This document shows, one piece after another, positions 27,476 through 40,580 of a stretch of DNA of 64,000 nucleotides (its first letter is position 1; each line of letters begins with the position of its first letter). The stretch spans positions 65,472,001 through 65,536,000 of the forward strand of contig OZ024741.1 of NCBI GenBank assembly GCA_964016885.1, read 5' to 3'. The notes beneath the pieces were generated by a model. It searched no databases, was not told where the DNA came from, and saw only the letters and a list, made by a program, of their open reading frames with translations. The translations under genes and the position numbers were made by a program. Source of the DNA: Eledone cirrhosa. Its lineage: Eukaryota.

Positions 27476-29037
27476 TCATCATCATCATCATCATCATCAG
27501 GTTTAGTGTCCGTGTTCCACGCTTGCATGGGTTTGGACGGGGGTTTTCCCACTTGAGGCAAGAGTGGCTGTCTTGCTCGCATAGGACTGTCTGGCGGGTT
27601 TTCTACAGCTGGATGCCCTTCCTAACACCAACCACATTTACAGTGTGGGGCTGGGAGGTTTTTACCGCGTTGCCTACACGGCCACATTACAGCGTGGACT
27701 GTCTGGCGGGTTTTCTACAGCTGGATGCCCTTCCTAACACCAACCACATTTACATTGTGGGGCTGGGAGGTTTTTACCGTGTTGCCTACACGGCCACATT
27801 TACAGCGTGGACTGTGTGTTTTTTTGTCGTGACACCTACACGATCTCATTTGTTTCGGCCTGGATGTTGTGGCACCAACATAACTTTACATTGAAAGGGG
27901 CGGTGTGGATGGGGTCGGGGTGGTGGGACGGGGGTGTATTTTGTTAGAGATGCCTACTGGCTGGAGTAGGTTTTACTATATATTTAGGTAAGGCGGGTCT
28001 TCTCTATTACTGAGTACCGCCAAAGGTCTCGGTCCAGTGACATTGTCTTGGAGAGGTGTAAGCGTGTGAGGTCGGAATTTATCAGCTCGTCCCATGTTTT
28101 TATGGGTCTGCCTATTCCGTGGCTACCGTCTATCTTTATTGCCCTGCACTTTGTTATACAGCTGTCGTCTTTCATGCGCATCACGTGACCGTACCAACGT
28201 AGCCTTCTCTCAAGTAAACAACATTTGATCCCTCTTATTTCTAATTTTTTCCTTAGTTCGTTTATGCTTTGCCGTTCACGTATATTACTATTGCACATCC
28301 AGCGGAGCATGCAAGCTTCGTTCCTCTCTAGTCTGCGTATATCCTCTGCACACAATGCCCAGGTCTCACTGCCATGCAGCATTGCTGTTCGTATGCAGGC
28401 ATCGTATAACCTGCCTTTCATTTTTAGGGAGAACCCTCTAGCGGCTAATAGTGGTATAAGCTCTCTGAACTTTTTCCATCCAGTTCTGACTCTAGCTACT
28501 GTACTTTCAGAGCACCCTCCCCCACTGCTGATTTTGTCACCCAGGTAACGGAAGCTGTCCACTATTTCTATAGAACCCTCTGCGCAGTTGAAGGAGCTAG
28601 TATTTTGTGGGCACTTGCTGCTACTTATTGCACCAGAGCACCGGCCACATGTAAAATCTATGTTCTTAGTTAGCTTACCTGTGATCCCACTACATCTTTT
28701 ATGCACCCATACTTTGCATTTGGGACATAAAATGGAGTTTCTACCTACGCCTTTCCTACACACTGAGCATGGCCATTTCCCAGATGGGACCGCCGCCTTA
28801 TTTTCTTTCCTACAAACTAGAACTTTAGTCTTAGCCAGGTTAATTTTAAGGCCTTTTGATTCTAGGCCGTGCTTCCATGTTTGGAACTTCTTCTCTAGTT
28901 CGGTCATTGATTCAGCTATGAGCGTTAGATCATCTGCGTATAGGAGTTCCCATGGGCAGCCGGTCTTGAACTCCTCTGTTATAGCCTGAAGGGCAATAAT
29001 AAATAGTAGGGGGCTAAGAACAGAGCCCTGATGGACA
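27476..29037 (-). mobile_element. 5'-truncated RTE LINE with open ORF2 C-terminal part (RT + PHD insert)
   Basis: About 350 open codons from HQGSVLSPLLF...LLYADDL to the stop at 27984; 112-bp duplication in the 3'UTR; TA runs at both junctions. Confidence 0.95.
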
Positions 29038-29054
29038 TATATATATATATGTAT

Positions 29055-29260
29055 AACGAAGGAATTGTGGTAAGGAACCAGATGGACCATAACACACCAG
29101 AGTACTCAATACTTAGGGTAGTAGAGTGGGAAATAGGAAAAAGTATGACCCAGACGGCAGAGCTCAAGCCATTTCAACAGCTATTTCTGGACTATAAATA
29201 GTTCAGAAATAGCCATCGAAACGGCTTGAGCTCTGCGTCGGGGGTCATACTTTTTCCTAT
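29055..29260 (-). mobile_element. Naiad pLTR 3' end with ~60-bp inverted arm (hairpin 29133-29260)
   Basis: Left arm matches the Naiad terminus at 62459-62520; right arm is its reverse complement; TA-flanked. Confidence 0.75.
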
Positions 29261-29430
29261 ATATATGTATATATATATATAATATACAGGGGCCGACCAT
29301 CGAAGAAATAACACCACGCGTTCAGCCAGCACCCTGTATCATGAAAAGAAAATCTTTTTTCGAAGAAATTATTAGATTTTTCAAAATTTAAAGGTTTCTT
29401 AGGAGCTTTCTATATTTATTTTAGGTTTTG

Positions 29431-29472
29431 CCATCAGAAGAGCTTGGGCTATCAGTGAAATATGTATAATGG
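29431..29472 (+). ncRNA. Hammerhead-like motif with CAGAAGA core
   Basis: Stem I ccat/atgg, core cagaaga (U4>A), stem II gct/agt, GAAA, stem III atat/gtat, AUA site. Confidence 0.45.
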
Positions 29473-29573
29473 AGATTTAAATAAACCTGTATCAACTGAA
29501 TATGGCCTCCAATATATATATATAGCATGGATATAGACGTTAAACAATGATGATGATGATGATATATATATAT

Positions 29574-29789
29574 ATCATCATCATCATCATCGTTTAACGT
29601 CTATATCCATGCTAGCATGGGTTAGACGGGAATTGTCGCACTTGAGGCAAGATTGATCGGGTGACCGTGTTTCGCTCGTATAGGACTGTATCTGGCAGGT
29701 TTTCTACGGCTGGATGCCCTTCCTAACACCAACCACATTTGCAGTGTGAACTGGGAGCCTTTTTACCGTGTCTCCTACACAACCACTTT
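29574..29789 (-). mobile_element. RTE LINE 3'UTR-only copy
   Basis: (cat)n tail, 3'UTR homology, ends in (TA)n. Confidence 0.85.
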
Positions 29790-29808
29790 ATATATATATA
29801 CATATATA

Positions 29809-30563
29809 TCATCATCATCATCATCGTTTAACGTCCATCTTCCACGCTAGCATGGGTTTGGACGGGAATTTTCCCACTTGAGGCAAGAGTGGTTGTCTTG
29901 CTCGCATAGGACTATCTGGCAGGTTTTCTATGGCTGGATGACCTTCCGAACACCAACCACATTTACAGTGTGGACTGGGAGGTTTTTACCGTGTTACCTA
30001 CACGGCCACATTACAGCGTGGACTGTGTGTTTTTTTGTCGTGACACCTACACGACCTTATTTGTTTCGGACTGGATGTTGTGGTACCAACATAACTTTAC
30101 ATTGGAAGGGGTGGTGTGGATGGGGTGGGGGTAGTGGGGCCGGGGTGTATTTTTGTTAGAGGTGCCTACTGACTGTAGGTTTCGCTTTGTACTTAGGTAA
30201 GGCGGGTCTTTTCTATTACTGTGTAGAGCCAAAGATCTCGGTCCAGTGACATTGTCTTGGAGAGGTGTAAGTGTGTGAGGTCGGAATTTATCAAGTCATC
30301 CCAGGTTTTTCTGGGTCTGCCTCCTCCGTGGCTACCATCTATTTTTATCGCCCTGCACTTTTTTATACAGCTGTCGTCTTTCATGCGCATCACGTGACCA
30401 TACCAACGTAGTCTTCTCTCGAGTAAACAGCATCCGATCCCTCTTATTCCTAATTTCTCCCTTAGTTCGTTTATGCTTTGTCGTTCACGTATATTACTAT
30501 TACACATCCAGCGGAGCGTGCAAGCATCATTCCTCTCCAGTCTGCGTATATCCTCTGCACACA
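29809..30563 (-). mobile_element. 5'-truncated RTE LINE
   Basis: CAEDIRRLERNDACTLRWMC...KTRLT*; TA runs at both ends. Confidence 0.93.
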
Positions 30564-30574
30564 TATATATATAC

Positions 30575-30625
<51 letters not shown>

Positions 30626-31269
30626 CATATATATTTTTACATATATATATATACACACCCATGAACACATATGACTGGCTTCTGCAGTTTCCATCTATCA
30701 AATTCCACTCACAAGTCAAGATTGAGCACTAACAATAGCAACAACTACAAAACAAATAGAAGCAATGTTACACTGACAACTATAAGGTTTTTCTTATAGC
30801 AGAATCTTTTTTTTCTCCTTCCTACCCCACTCCATTGTTACATATATTACCACACAAACTAAAACACACAGCATGTAAACATACACACACTCACACATAC
30901 ACACAAGTACTATCTTATCTGAAATCTATGCTGCAATTTGTAAACAAATTGTTCTTCTATCTATGTAATAGACACAGCCAAGACTCTGAAATATCATTAT
31001 GCTCACACACACACACACACACATACACACACACCACACACCACACACCATACACCACACACACACACACACACACACACAATCGTATCAAAAGTCTGTG
31101 TTGCAATTATAAGCAAGCTAATCTTTTAGTATAATTGACACAACCAAAAAACTGTCACTCAACCTTACATATTTACACACATACAAGCACAAACACATAC
31201 ATTTACAGAAAATACATGCATACACATATAAACAAATACAGAAAAATGCAAAAGCACACACACACTTAA

Positions 31270-31476
31270 CCCAAAAGCATTTAAACCAGCCATATTCGGC
31301 CAGAATTCTCTCACCTCTTTCTGTTCAAACTGACCATAACCGGCCACTCATATTGATGTCAAGGTATTATTCTCAAAATAAATAACATCAAAATCTTATA
31401 GATTCAACATTATGTGAGGTAAAGCCTTACCATGAAAATACAATAGTATATATAGAATAATGTAAATGCTAAAGGG
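31270..31476. mobile_element. piggyBac-type MITE
   Basis: ttaa|cccaaaagcattta ... taaatgctaaaggg|ttaa; homologous to 13980 and 18744. Confidence 0.7.
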
Positions 31477-32522
31477 TTAAAGACTTGCATACACACACAT
31501 AGTGAAGATGTGTGGCCTGGTGGTTAGGGTGTTGGCCTTATGATTGTAATGCTGTGAGCTTCATTCATGGACATAGGCGGCATGTTGTGTTTTTGAGCAA
31601 ATCATTTCATTTCACATTGCTCCAGTATACTCAGCTAAAATGAGTACCAGTAATAGCTGGCCTTATAATTGACTGGCATGAAACCAGGATAAGTACCAGC
31701 CTAATGGCCCTCCTGGCATGGAATAGACTTGAACATTTTTTTGATACATGCAAATAAACTTGCAGATATACATATATACATCTACACAATGATGTATATA
31801 CTGAGCCAAGGGAGTCTCCACATGATTGTTCAAGTTGAAAGATATAGCAGCCAAATATCCCTCAAATTACACTTTAGGCACTTAACCATTTCTAATGAAA
31901 TAGCCTCTATTTTAATTAATTAGTGAAGAATTTTGAAGGATTTACTAAGATTGTTAATTATTTCATTACTAAAATAGTAACCTTAATGTAAGGCTCATAT
32001 AAAATTATGATTTTTTATTTGAATTAGAAACCTTTAAAATTTTATAGAACCAGAGCTGGTTTTGGCTGGGATGCTAGATAAAGGACAATAAAGAGCATTT
32101 AATAATATGATCCTAGATACACTATATTTGAAAAAAACAAAAACAAATACTTTTTGTCATAAAGATCTTTTATGTTCTTCTGTGTAGAAAAGGAATATAT
32201 AAAGTATATTTGAATAGTGTGTTAACTCTTGATTCAGTTCACAGTGAGGCTTCTCATTCAGTTATATCTACATTAAAAGACAGTGAATTGGCAGAGTCGA
32301 TTGAATGTCAGATAGAATGCTTTAGAGTATTTGTTCTGGCTCTCTACGCTCTGAGTTCAAAACCTGCTGAGGTCAACTTTCCCTTTCATCCTTTCGATGT
32401 CCATAAAAAAAAAGCATAAGTTTAATACTGGGATCAATTATTCCTCTGTATCTCTTTCTCACTCCTCTCTCTCTTTATATATATATATATATCATCATAT
32501 ATATATATATATATATATATAT

Positions 32523-32554
<32 letters not shown>

Positions 32555-32557
32555 CAT

Positions 32558-32636
<79 letters not shown>

Positions 32637-32639
<3 letters not shown>

Positions 32640-33467
32640 TCATTATCATCATCCCTGTTTTACGTCCATTCTTCCACGCTAGCATGGGTTAGACAGGTTG
32701 TCCTGTTGTGGGCAATGCCAGGTCAGGTGACCGTGTCTTGCTCATACAGAACTGATTTTGGCTTGATTTCTACAGCTGGATCCCCTTCCTAGCACCAACC
32801 TCATTTACAGTGAGTACTGTGTGCTTTTTACTGTGGCACCTACACAACCACTTTACAGTGTGGGCTGAGTGCTTTAGTGTTGTGACACCTACATGACCAC
32901 TTTACAGTGGGAGGGGGTGGGGGCATATTGTCTATATGCTTCAGCTTCGGCTTGTACCCATGGGAAGTCGGGTCTTCTGTTTTACTGCGTAACACCAGAG
33001 GTCACAGTCCTGTGTCATCACCTGTGAGAGGTGCAATTGGGCAAGATCAGCTTTTATCACCTCATCACTTCTTGGGTATCCCCACTCCATGGCTTCCATC
33101 GACTTTTAGTGCTCTGCACCTTTTTATGCAGCTGTCATCCTTCATACGCATCACATGTCCATACCAACATAATCTCTTCTCCTGCACATAGCATTTGATT
33201 CCTCTTATGTTTAGTCTCTTTATCAATTTGTTTATTCTCTGCCATTCGCGTATATTAATATTACACATCCATTGGAGCATGCAAGCTTCATTTCTTTCTA
33301 ATCTATGAAAGTCTTCGGCACACAACTCCCAAGTCTCACTACCATGCAACATTGCTGTTTGTATGCACGCATCATACAGTCTGCCTTTCATTTTGAGGGA
33401 AAAGCCTTTTGCAGTTAGCAGTGGTAGTAGCTCCCTGAACTTCTTCCATAGCGTTCTTACCCTAGTT
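32637..33467 (-). mobile_element. 5'-truncated RTE LINE (subfamily of the 15178 copy)
   Basis: MKGRLYDACIQTAMLHGSETW...WYGHVMRM; TA runs at both ends. Confidence 0.92.
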
Positions 33468-33936
33468 ATATATATATATCTTTTTCAGAAAATAAAAATT
33501 CTGTTCATGGAGAGGGGATATGCTCCACCAAGTTTAGAATTCCCAGAAATGGTGTGTATCACTATTTCTCTCCTATTACTCAATTAGGAGTTATGGGTTC
33601 ATATATACATATCTACATTAAATTTATCTTAAATATTTAATATGTGCTGTGTTATGGCATCAAAAATCAAAATCAAAATCCAGAGCCTTCTCACTCCTGT
33701 TGGCGAAACCCCTTCCTGATTAACCTACACTGCTTCCTATCTCTAGCCCTATTGGGTCAGATCATCACACCATCTGGCCTTTGTCTACCCTCTGGTTCTT
33801 CTCTGCTGCCTTGGTGTCCACTCTGTCGCTCTCATAGTCCACCTGATGTCTCTAAAATGAGAGCCATGGCTAGCTCATCTATGTTTGTTCTTCCTGATGG
33901 TGTCAGTTATGTCCTTCACTCAAGTGTTCTAGCATA

Positions 33937-35631
33937 CATCATCATCATCATCATCATCATCGTTTAACGTCCGTGTTCCACGCTTGCATGGGTTTGGACG
34001 GGGGTTTTCCCACTTGAGGCAAGAGTGATTGTCTTGCTCGCATAGGACTGTCTGGCGGGTTTTCTACAGCTGGATGCCCTTCCTAACACCAACCACATTT
34101 ACAGTGTGGGACTGGGAGGTTTTTACCGTGTTGCCTACACGGCCACATTACAGCGTGGACTGTGTGATTTTTTGTCGTGACCCCTACACGATCTCATTTG
34201 TTTCGGCCTGGATGTTGTGGCACCAACATAACTTTACATTGAAAGGGGCGGTGTGGATGGGGTCGGGGTGGTGGGACGGGGGTGTATTTTGTTAGAGATG
34301 CCTACTGGCTGGAGTAGGTTTTACTATATATTTAGGTAAGGCGGGTCTTCTCTATTACTGAGTACCGCCAAAGGTCTCGGTCCAGTGACATTGTCTTGGA
34401 GAGGTGTAAGTGTGTGAGGTCGGAATTTATCAGCTCGTCCCAGGTTTTTCTGGGTCTGCCTACTCCGTAGCTACCGTCTATCTTTATTGCCCTGCACTTT
34501 GTTATACAGCTGTCATCTTTCATGCGCATCACGTGACCGTACAAACGTAGCCTTCTCTCGAGTAAACAACATCTGATCCCTCTTATTTCTAATTTTTTCT
34601 TAGTTCGCTTATGCTTTGCCGTTCACGTATGTTACTATTACACATCCAGCGGAGCATGCAAGCTTCGTTCCTCTCTAGTCTGCGTATATCCTCTACACAC
34701 AATGCCCAGGTCTCACTGCCATGCAACATTGCTGTTCGTATGCAGGCATCATACAACCTGCCTTTCATTTTTAGGGAGAACCCTTTAGTGGCTAATAGTG
34801 GTATAAGCTCTCTGAACTTTTTCCATCCAGTTCTGACTCTAGCTACTGTACTTTCAGAGCACCCTCCCCCACTGCTGATTTTGTCACCCAGGTAACGGAA
34901 GCTATCCACTATTTCTATAGAACCCTCTGCGCAATTGAAAGAGCTAGTATTTTGTGGGCATTTGCTGCTACTTATTGCACCAGAGCACCGGCCACATGTA
35001 AAATCTATGTTCTTAGTTAGCTTACCTGTGATCCCACTACATCTTTTATGCACCCATACTTTGCATTTGGGACATAAAATGGAGTTTCTACCTACGCGTT
35101 TCCTACACACTGAGCATGGCCATTTCCCGGAAGGGACCGTCGCCTTATTTTCTTTCCTACAAACTAGAACTTTAGTCTTAGCCAGGTTAATTTTAAGCCC
35201 TTTTGATTCTAGGCTATGCTTCCACGTTTGGAATTTCTTCTCTAGCTCGGCCATTGATTCAGCTATGAATGTTAGATCATCTGCGTATAGGAGTTCCCAT
35301 GGGCAGTCGGTCTTGAACTCCACTGTTGTAGCCTGAAGGGCAATAATAAATAATAGGGGGCTAAGAACAGAGCCCTGATGAACACCAACTTTTACACTAA
35401 ACTCTTCACTATATTCGTTGTTAATTCTAACCTTGCTGACTGTTTCTTTATACATGGCTTGTATAGCTCTCACAAGCCATTCGTCAACACCTAGTTTTCT
35501 AAGAGCCCACCAGATAATGGAACGGGGGACTCTGTCAAAGGCTTTCTCCAAGTCAACAAAAGCTAAGTATAGGGGTTTACTTTTAGCTAGGTACTTCTCC
35601 TGTAGTTGTCGCACAATGAAAAGAGCGTACA
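33937..35631 (-). mobile_element. Longest RTE LINE copy (RT + PHD insert), one frameshift
   Basis: LFIVRQLQEKYLAKSKPLYLAFVDLEKAFDRVPR...GVHQGSVLSP...YADD; frameshift near 34590; truncated at a TA run. Confidence 0.95.
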
Positions 35632-35796
35632 TATATATTTAATTATGTTGACAAATGAATTCACATCAAGCAAATTAAACTGACCATTTCAATTATATTC
35701 AACACCCTGTTTCACATATATAGGAATACTATAAAATTATTCCTCTGTAGATAACCTCTGAAACGTGTAAAACAATGTTTTACTGAGTACAAAAGT

Positions 35797-36270
35797 AATA
35801 ATAATGAAAATTATTGTGTACAGTGCTCAGGTGCACTACAACTTTTTAAAGGTGCATGTATAGTACATAGAATAATTATTCCTACTTTTGGCACAAGGCC
35901 AGCAATTATCCCAGTGCATTACTGGTACTTTATTTTATTGTCCCCATAAGTATGAAAGGCAAAGTCAACCTTGGCAGGATTCGAACTCAGACGGTAAAGG
36001 GCTGTAACTCTATGCTGCAAAGCATGGCATCCGACCCTCTACCGATACTGCCAATCCACTACCCTCTATAGAATAATGTAGAAATGTCAGGAAAGTGAAC
36101 AATATATGAGTCATGATATACACACAGACACACATACATGCATGCATGTGTATGGAGCGGGACTATCAGGTGTAGTGTTGGTGAATTTCAGGAAGCATGG
36201 AAGCTTTGAAGGATGCAGTGTCCTGACAGCAAACAACTGATACAGGTAACTTGATCCATGTTTCAGCTGA
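35797..36270 (-). mobile_element. CR1 3' end interrupted by a SINE family A copy (35875-36065)
   Basis: Matches 16397-16670; SINE flanked by atagaataat duplication. Confidence 0.8.
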
Positions 36271-37287
36271 GTTCCATGCTTCATGCTAATATTAGAAAGT
36301 TTGTTTACACTTCAACCCTTTCACAGCAAAGATTTTAATTAAATAACTAATCAATTTTGTTACTATGAGTTTTTCCTGAACTCAGAGTAAGAATGGAGTA
36401 TATATACACACATATAGACATACACACACACACACACAAATACAAATATTCATACACACATACACACAAACATTGTTGTTGTTGGAATTCTGTCATTTTC
36501 AATGATGAGTGCTCCAGTGAAATTAATATACAAGTGGCTGAGCATTTGTACAGGCACATACACTCCTAACATAGTCCTCAAGGAGATTCAGTGAAACACA
36601 GTATGTGACAAGGCTGGCCTCTTGAATTATAGGTGTAACTCATTTTTACCAGTTGAGTGGACCACAGCAACAAGAAATAAAGTATCTTGCACAAAGGACA
36701 CAACATGCCACCTTGTCTTGGAATTGAACTTATGATCTTATGATCATGAGCCCACTATCCTTACCACACACACAAACACACACACACACACACACACATA
36801 GCACATGAGCCACTTCCCTTCAGCCCATCCATCCCTCCAATAGCAAGCAGCAGGTAGCCTACACTCTACTCTCATCCTCACTCCCTATCACTGACCTCTC
36901 ATCTTGGCCAAGTATACCAGAAGTTTACTGTTGAAATGTGATAATGTTGGTTCCACAACAAAATGTGTTCAGCTCACTCTGTAAAGTGAGAATGCAGGTT
37001 CCATGATAAAATGTACACAGTCCACTCTGTAAGGTGTTAGTGTTATGCCATGATAACAAAAAGCAACCAGTCCGCCTTGTCACAAGAAAATGCAGCCAGT
37101 ATGTGCTGTGAAATGATTAGCATTAGGAAGGATATCCAGTTACAGCAACCATTCTAGAATGGAACATATGATTAAGACACCGTCACCTGACATGTCTAGC
37201 CTCATAGTATGACAACCTGTCTAACCTATGCTAACATGGCAAATAGTGGTTAAATAGTGATGGTAGTGATGACGATGATAATAATAA

Positions 37288-37730
37288 TAATTGTTCTACA
37301 TTTGGCACAAGGCCAGCAATTATCCCAGTACATTACTGATACTTTATTTTATCGACTCCGTAAGGATGAAAGGCAAAGTTAACCTTGGCAGGATTTGAAC
37401 TCAGAACGTAAAGGGCCATAACTCTATCCTGCAAAGCATGGTGTCTGACACTCTACCGATACTGCCAATCCACCACCCTATGATAATAATATGATGATAA
37501 TAATAATAATGAAAATTATTGTGTACAGTGCTCAGGTGCACTACAACTCATCAAAGGTGCTTGTATAGTACATAGAATAATGTACAAATGTCAAGAAAGT
37601 GAAAAGTGCATGATATTGATATACAACCAGACACATGCGTGCATGTGTATGGAGGGGGAATATCAGGTGTAGTGTTGGCGAATTTCAGGAAGCATGGAAG
37701 CTTTGAAGGATGCAGTGTCCCAACAGCTGA
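37288..37730 (-). mobile_element. SINE family A (37288-37480) next to a CR1 3' end (37500-37730)
   Basis: Homology to the other copies in the window. Confidence 0.8.
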
Positions 37731-37992
37731 TGATGATGACGATTGTAAATACTAATGAATCTAGTTTATCTAAACGAGACAGTCCCTGAAAGTAGACAAC
37801 AGTTAAGTTGGTGCTATGACTGTGTCTCAATGTGAACTATACAAATGGGAAGAGTGCACCTCAAATATACCACATGAATAAAATAAGAAACATTTACCCT
37901 GTATGTGTGTGTGTTTGTGTGAGAGGGTGTGTGTATGTGTGTGAGAGTGTGTGAGAGGGTGTGTGTATGTGTGTGAGAGAGAGAATATGTAT

Positions 37993-38062
<70 letters not shown>

Positions 38063-38309
38063 CTTAGCTTTGTAGAGTTACAACAGAGTGCCTGCAATAG
38101 ATTTGAACTCATAAACAATGATCTGATATTTTATTACTTTAAAAAGAGCATCAAGAATGGTTGTGGTGGCGGTGGTGGTGATGATGGTGGTGGTGGTGGG
38201 GTGGTGGCGTGGGGGTGGTGATGGTGGTGATGGTGGTGGTAGGTATGGGAAAGTGGTGGTGGTGGTCATTGTTATGAACAAAGAAATGGGATAAGAAAAG
38301 TGAGAGAGA

Positions 38310-39055
38310 GACAAGCTGACAGGCAGACAGACATGCTGACAGACTGACGGACAAGTTGACAGAGAGACAGACAGACATGCTGACAGACTGACAGACAAGT
38401 TGACAGAGAGACAGACAGACATGCTGGCAGACTGACAGACAAGTTGACAGAGAGACAGACAGACATGCTGACAGACTGACAGACAAGTTGACAGAGAGAC
38501 AGACAGACATGCTGGCAGACTGACAGACAAGTTGACAGAGAAACAGACAGACATATGACAGACTGACGGACAAGTTGAGAGAGAAACAGACAGACATACT
38601 GACAGACTGACAGACAAGTTGACAGAGAGACAGACAGACATGCTGGCAGACTAACAGACAAGTTGACAGACTGACAGACAAGTAGACAGACTAACAGAAA
38701 AGTTGACAGAGACAGACAGACAACAAGCTGACAGACTGACGGAGAAGTTGACTGAGAGACAGACAGACAAACTGACAGACTGACAGGCAGACAGGCAAGT
38801 TGACAGAGAGATAGACAGACTGACCGACTAACTGACAGACTGACAGACAAGTTGACAGCCAGACTGACCGACTGATAGACAAGTTGACAAAGAGACAGAC
38901 AGACTGACCAACAGACAAGTTGACAGAGAGACAGACAGGCAGACAGACAAGCTGACAGAATGACCGACAAGGTGACAGACTGACAGATAAGCTGACAGAG
39001 AGACAGGCAGAATGACAGGCAGGCAGACAAGCTGACAGACTGACAGACAGATAAA
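38310..39055. repeat. (GACA)-derived ~44-bp minisatellite
   Basis: Unit gacagacatgctgacagactgacagacaagttgacagagagaca, decaying to the right. Confidence 0.9.
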
Positions 39056-39279
39056 TCAGCCCATTTAAAGATAAAAATTACTTGGAGAGAAAGAATATAA
39101 ATAGATAAGAAGAAATAATTACAGAGAGGGAGGGGGGAGAGAGGAGAGGGAGAGAGGGGGCAGGTATAGTGCTGATAGAGTGGGGGTGAAATAAGGAGAA
39201 AGAAAGGTTTGTTGATTTGTTGGAAGTCAGCCATATCACCCAAAGCAAGGCCATAAATGAAAGACCAAAGAGACAAAGT

Positions 39280-39343
<64 letters not shown>

Positions 39344-40371
39344 TAGAAAGAATAAGAGAAAGAGACAGAAAAATGAAGGAGAGAGAGAGAGAGAGAGAGA
39401 GAGAAAGATAGAAAGAATAAGAGAAAGAGACAGAAAAATGAAGGAGAGAGAGAGAGGGGGTATATAGAGATAGAGAGAGAGGTGGTATTTGTATTTATAA
39501 GTAATATTGTTGTTAATAATAATAATAAAAAGAGGGCATCCATTACTTGTTTTTGTGTGTTTCCAATGTAGTTGATAAGAAAGAAGATAAAGAGAGGAGG
39601 TCAGTGATAAATGTTTTGAGGTCAGCTGTTTGAAATTCTTAGTTAAATGTCTCAAATCTTGTAATGTTCAAGGTATAGATAGGAAGGGAGAGAACAAATA
39701 ATTAAATAACTTCTTTATTAGCCACACAGGGTTCACACATAATAAAATTCAAATAGTAATAGAAGGCTTCACTGTAATATTTTACTAAATGAAATAGTCT
39801 AACTATTTGACTACTCTCAGGTGTCAAATAATTGCCTCCCCCTCTCTCCTGCTTATTAATTTAAAAGATTTTTAACCCCCCCCCCCCCCCTCTGCTTTTC
39901 TCCCTCCCTGCCCAGCTTATTAAGTTTTGCTAATTTATCTCTGGCAAAATTTTAATTTAAGTGGTAGTATTCCTGCAACAGTTTTCTTTATACATTAAAA
40001 ACATTATACAGAACATTAAAGAACATTACAAGAAATCCCATATTTATAAAATAAATAACATTGGTTGGGGTCTCCATATGTAAACTAAATGATTAATTCT
40101 GGGGTTTTTTTTAATCAATGCAGACAACCTAGAAAAATTACCGATTTTCCACCACCACCCCTGGTTATTCCAACTCACCCACTTATTCCACCCCCACCCC
40201 TGGTTATTCCACCCCACCCCATTTATTCCAACCCCACCCCCACTTATTATAATCCCCACCCCTATTATTGAGACTATGTTATTTAGTCAAATGTCACTGT
40301 GAAGCCTTCTATTTCAATTTTCAAACTTCACTCACCCCTTTCTAAACATACTTCCTTTAATTTAATAATGA

Positions 40372-40580
40372 TTTCTGATTTAGGCACAAGGCCAGCAATT
40401 TTGGGAGAAAAGGAAAATCGATTGCATCGATTCCAGTGCATCACTGGTACTTTATTTTATCGACCCGGTAATGATGAAAGGCAAAGCTAACCTCAGAGGA
40501 GTTTGAACTCAGGACGTAAAGGTCCATAACTCTATGCCGTTAAGCATGTTGTCCGATGCTCCACCGATTCTGCCAGTCCA
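40372..40580 (-). mobile_element. SINE family A copy
   Basis: Conserved body and B-box. Confidence 0.75.

Noticed and set aside
28225-28989. Plus-strand ORFs over the RTE copies (also 26599, 34611, 34935)
   Set aside because: Antisense shadows of the RT frame
27984-29090. 368-aa ORF as an intact gene
   Set aside because: The N-terminus is read-through from flanking TA/pLTR sequence; the element lacks the endonuclease and the first RT motifs
38078-39655. Long Ser/Leu/Val/Cys ORFs
   Set aside because: Products of the GACA minisatellite and (GA)n tracts
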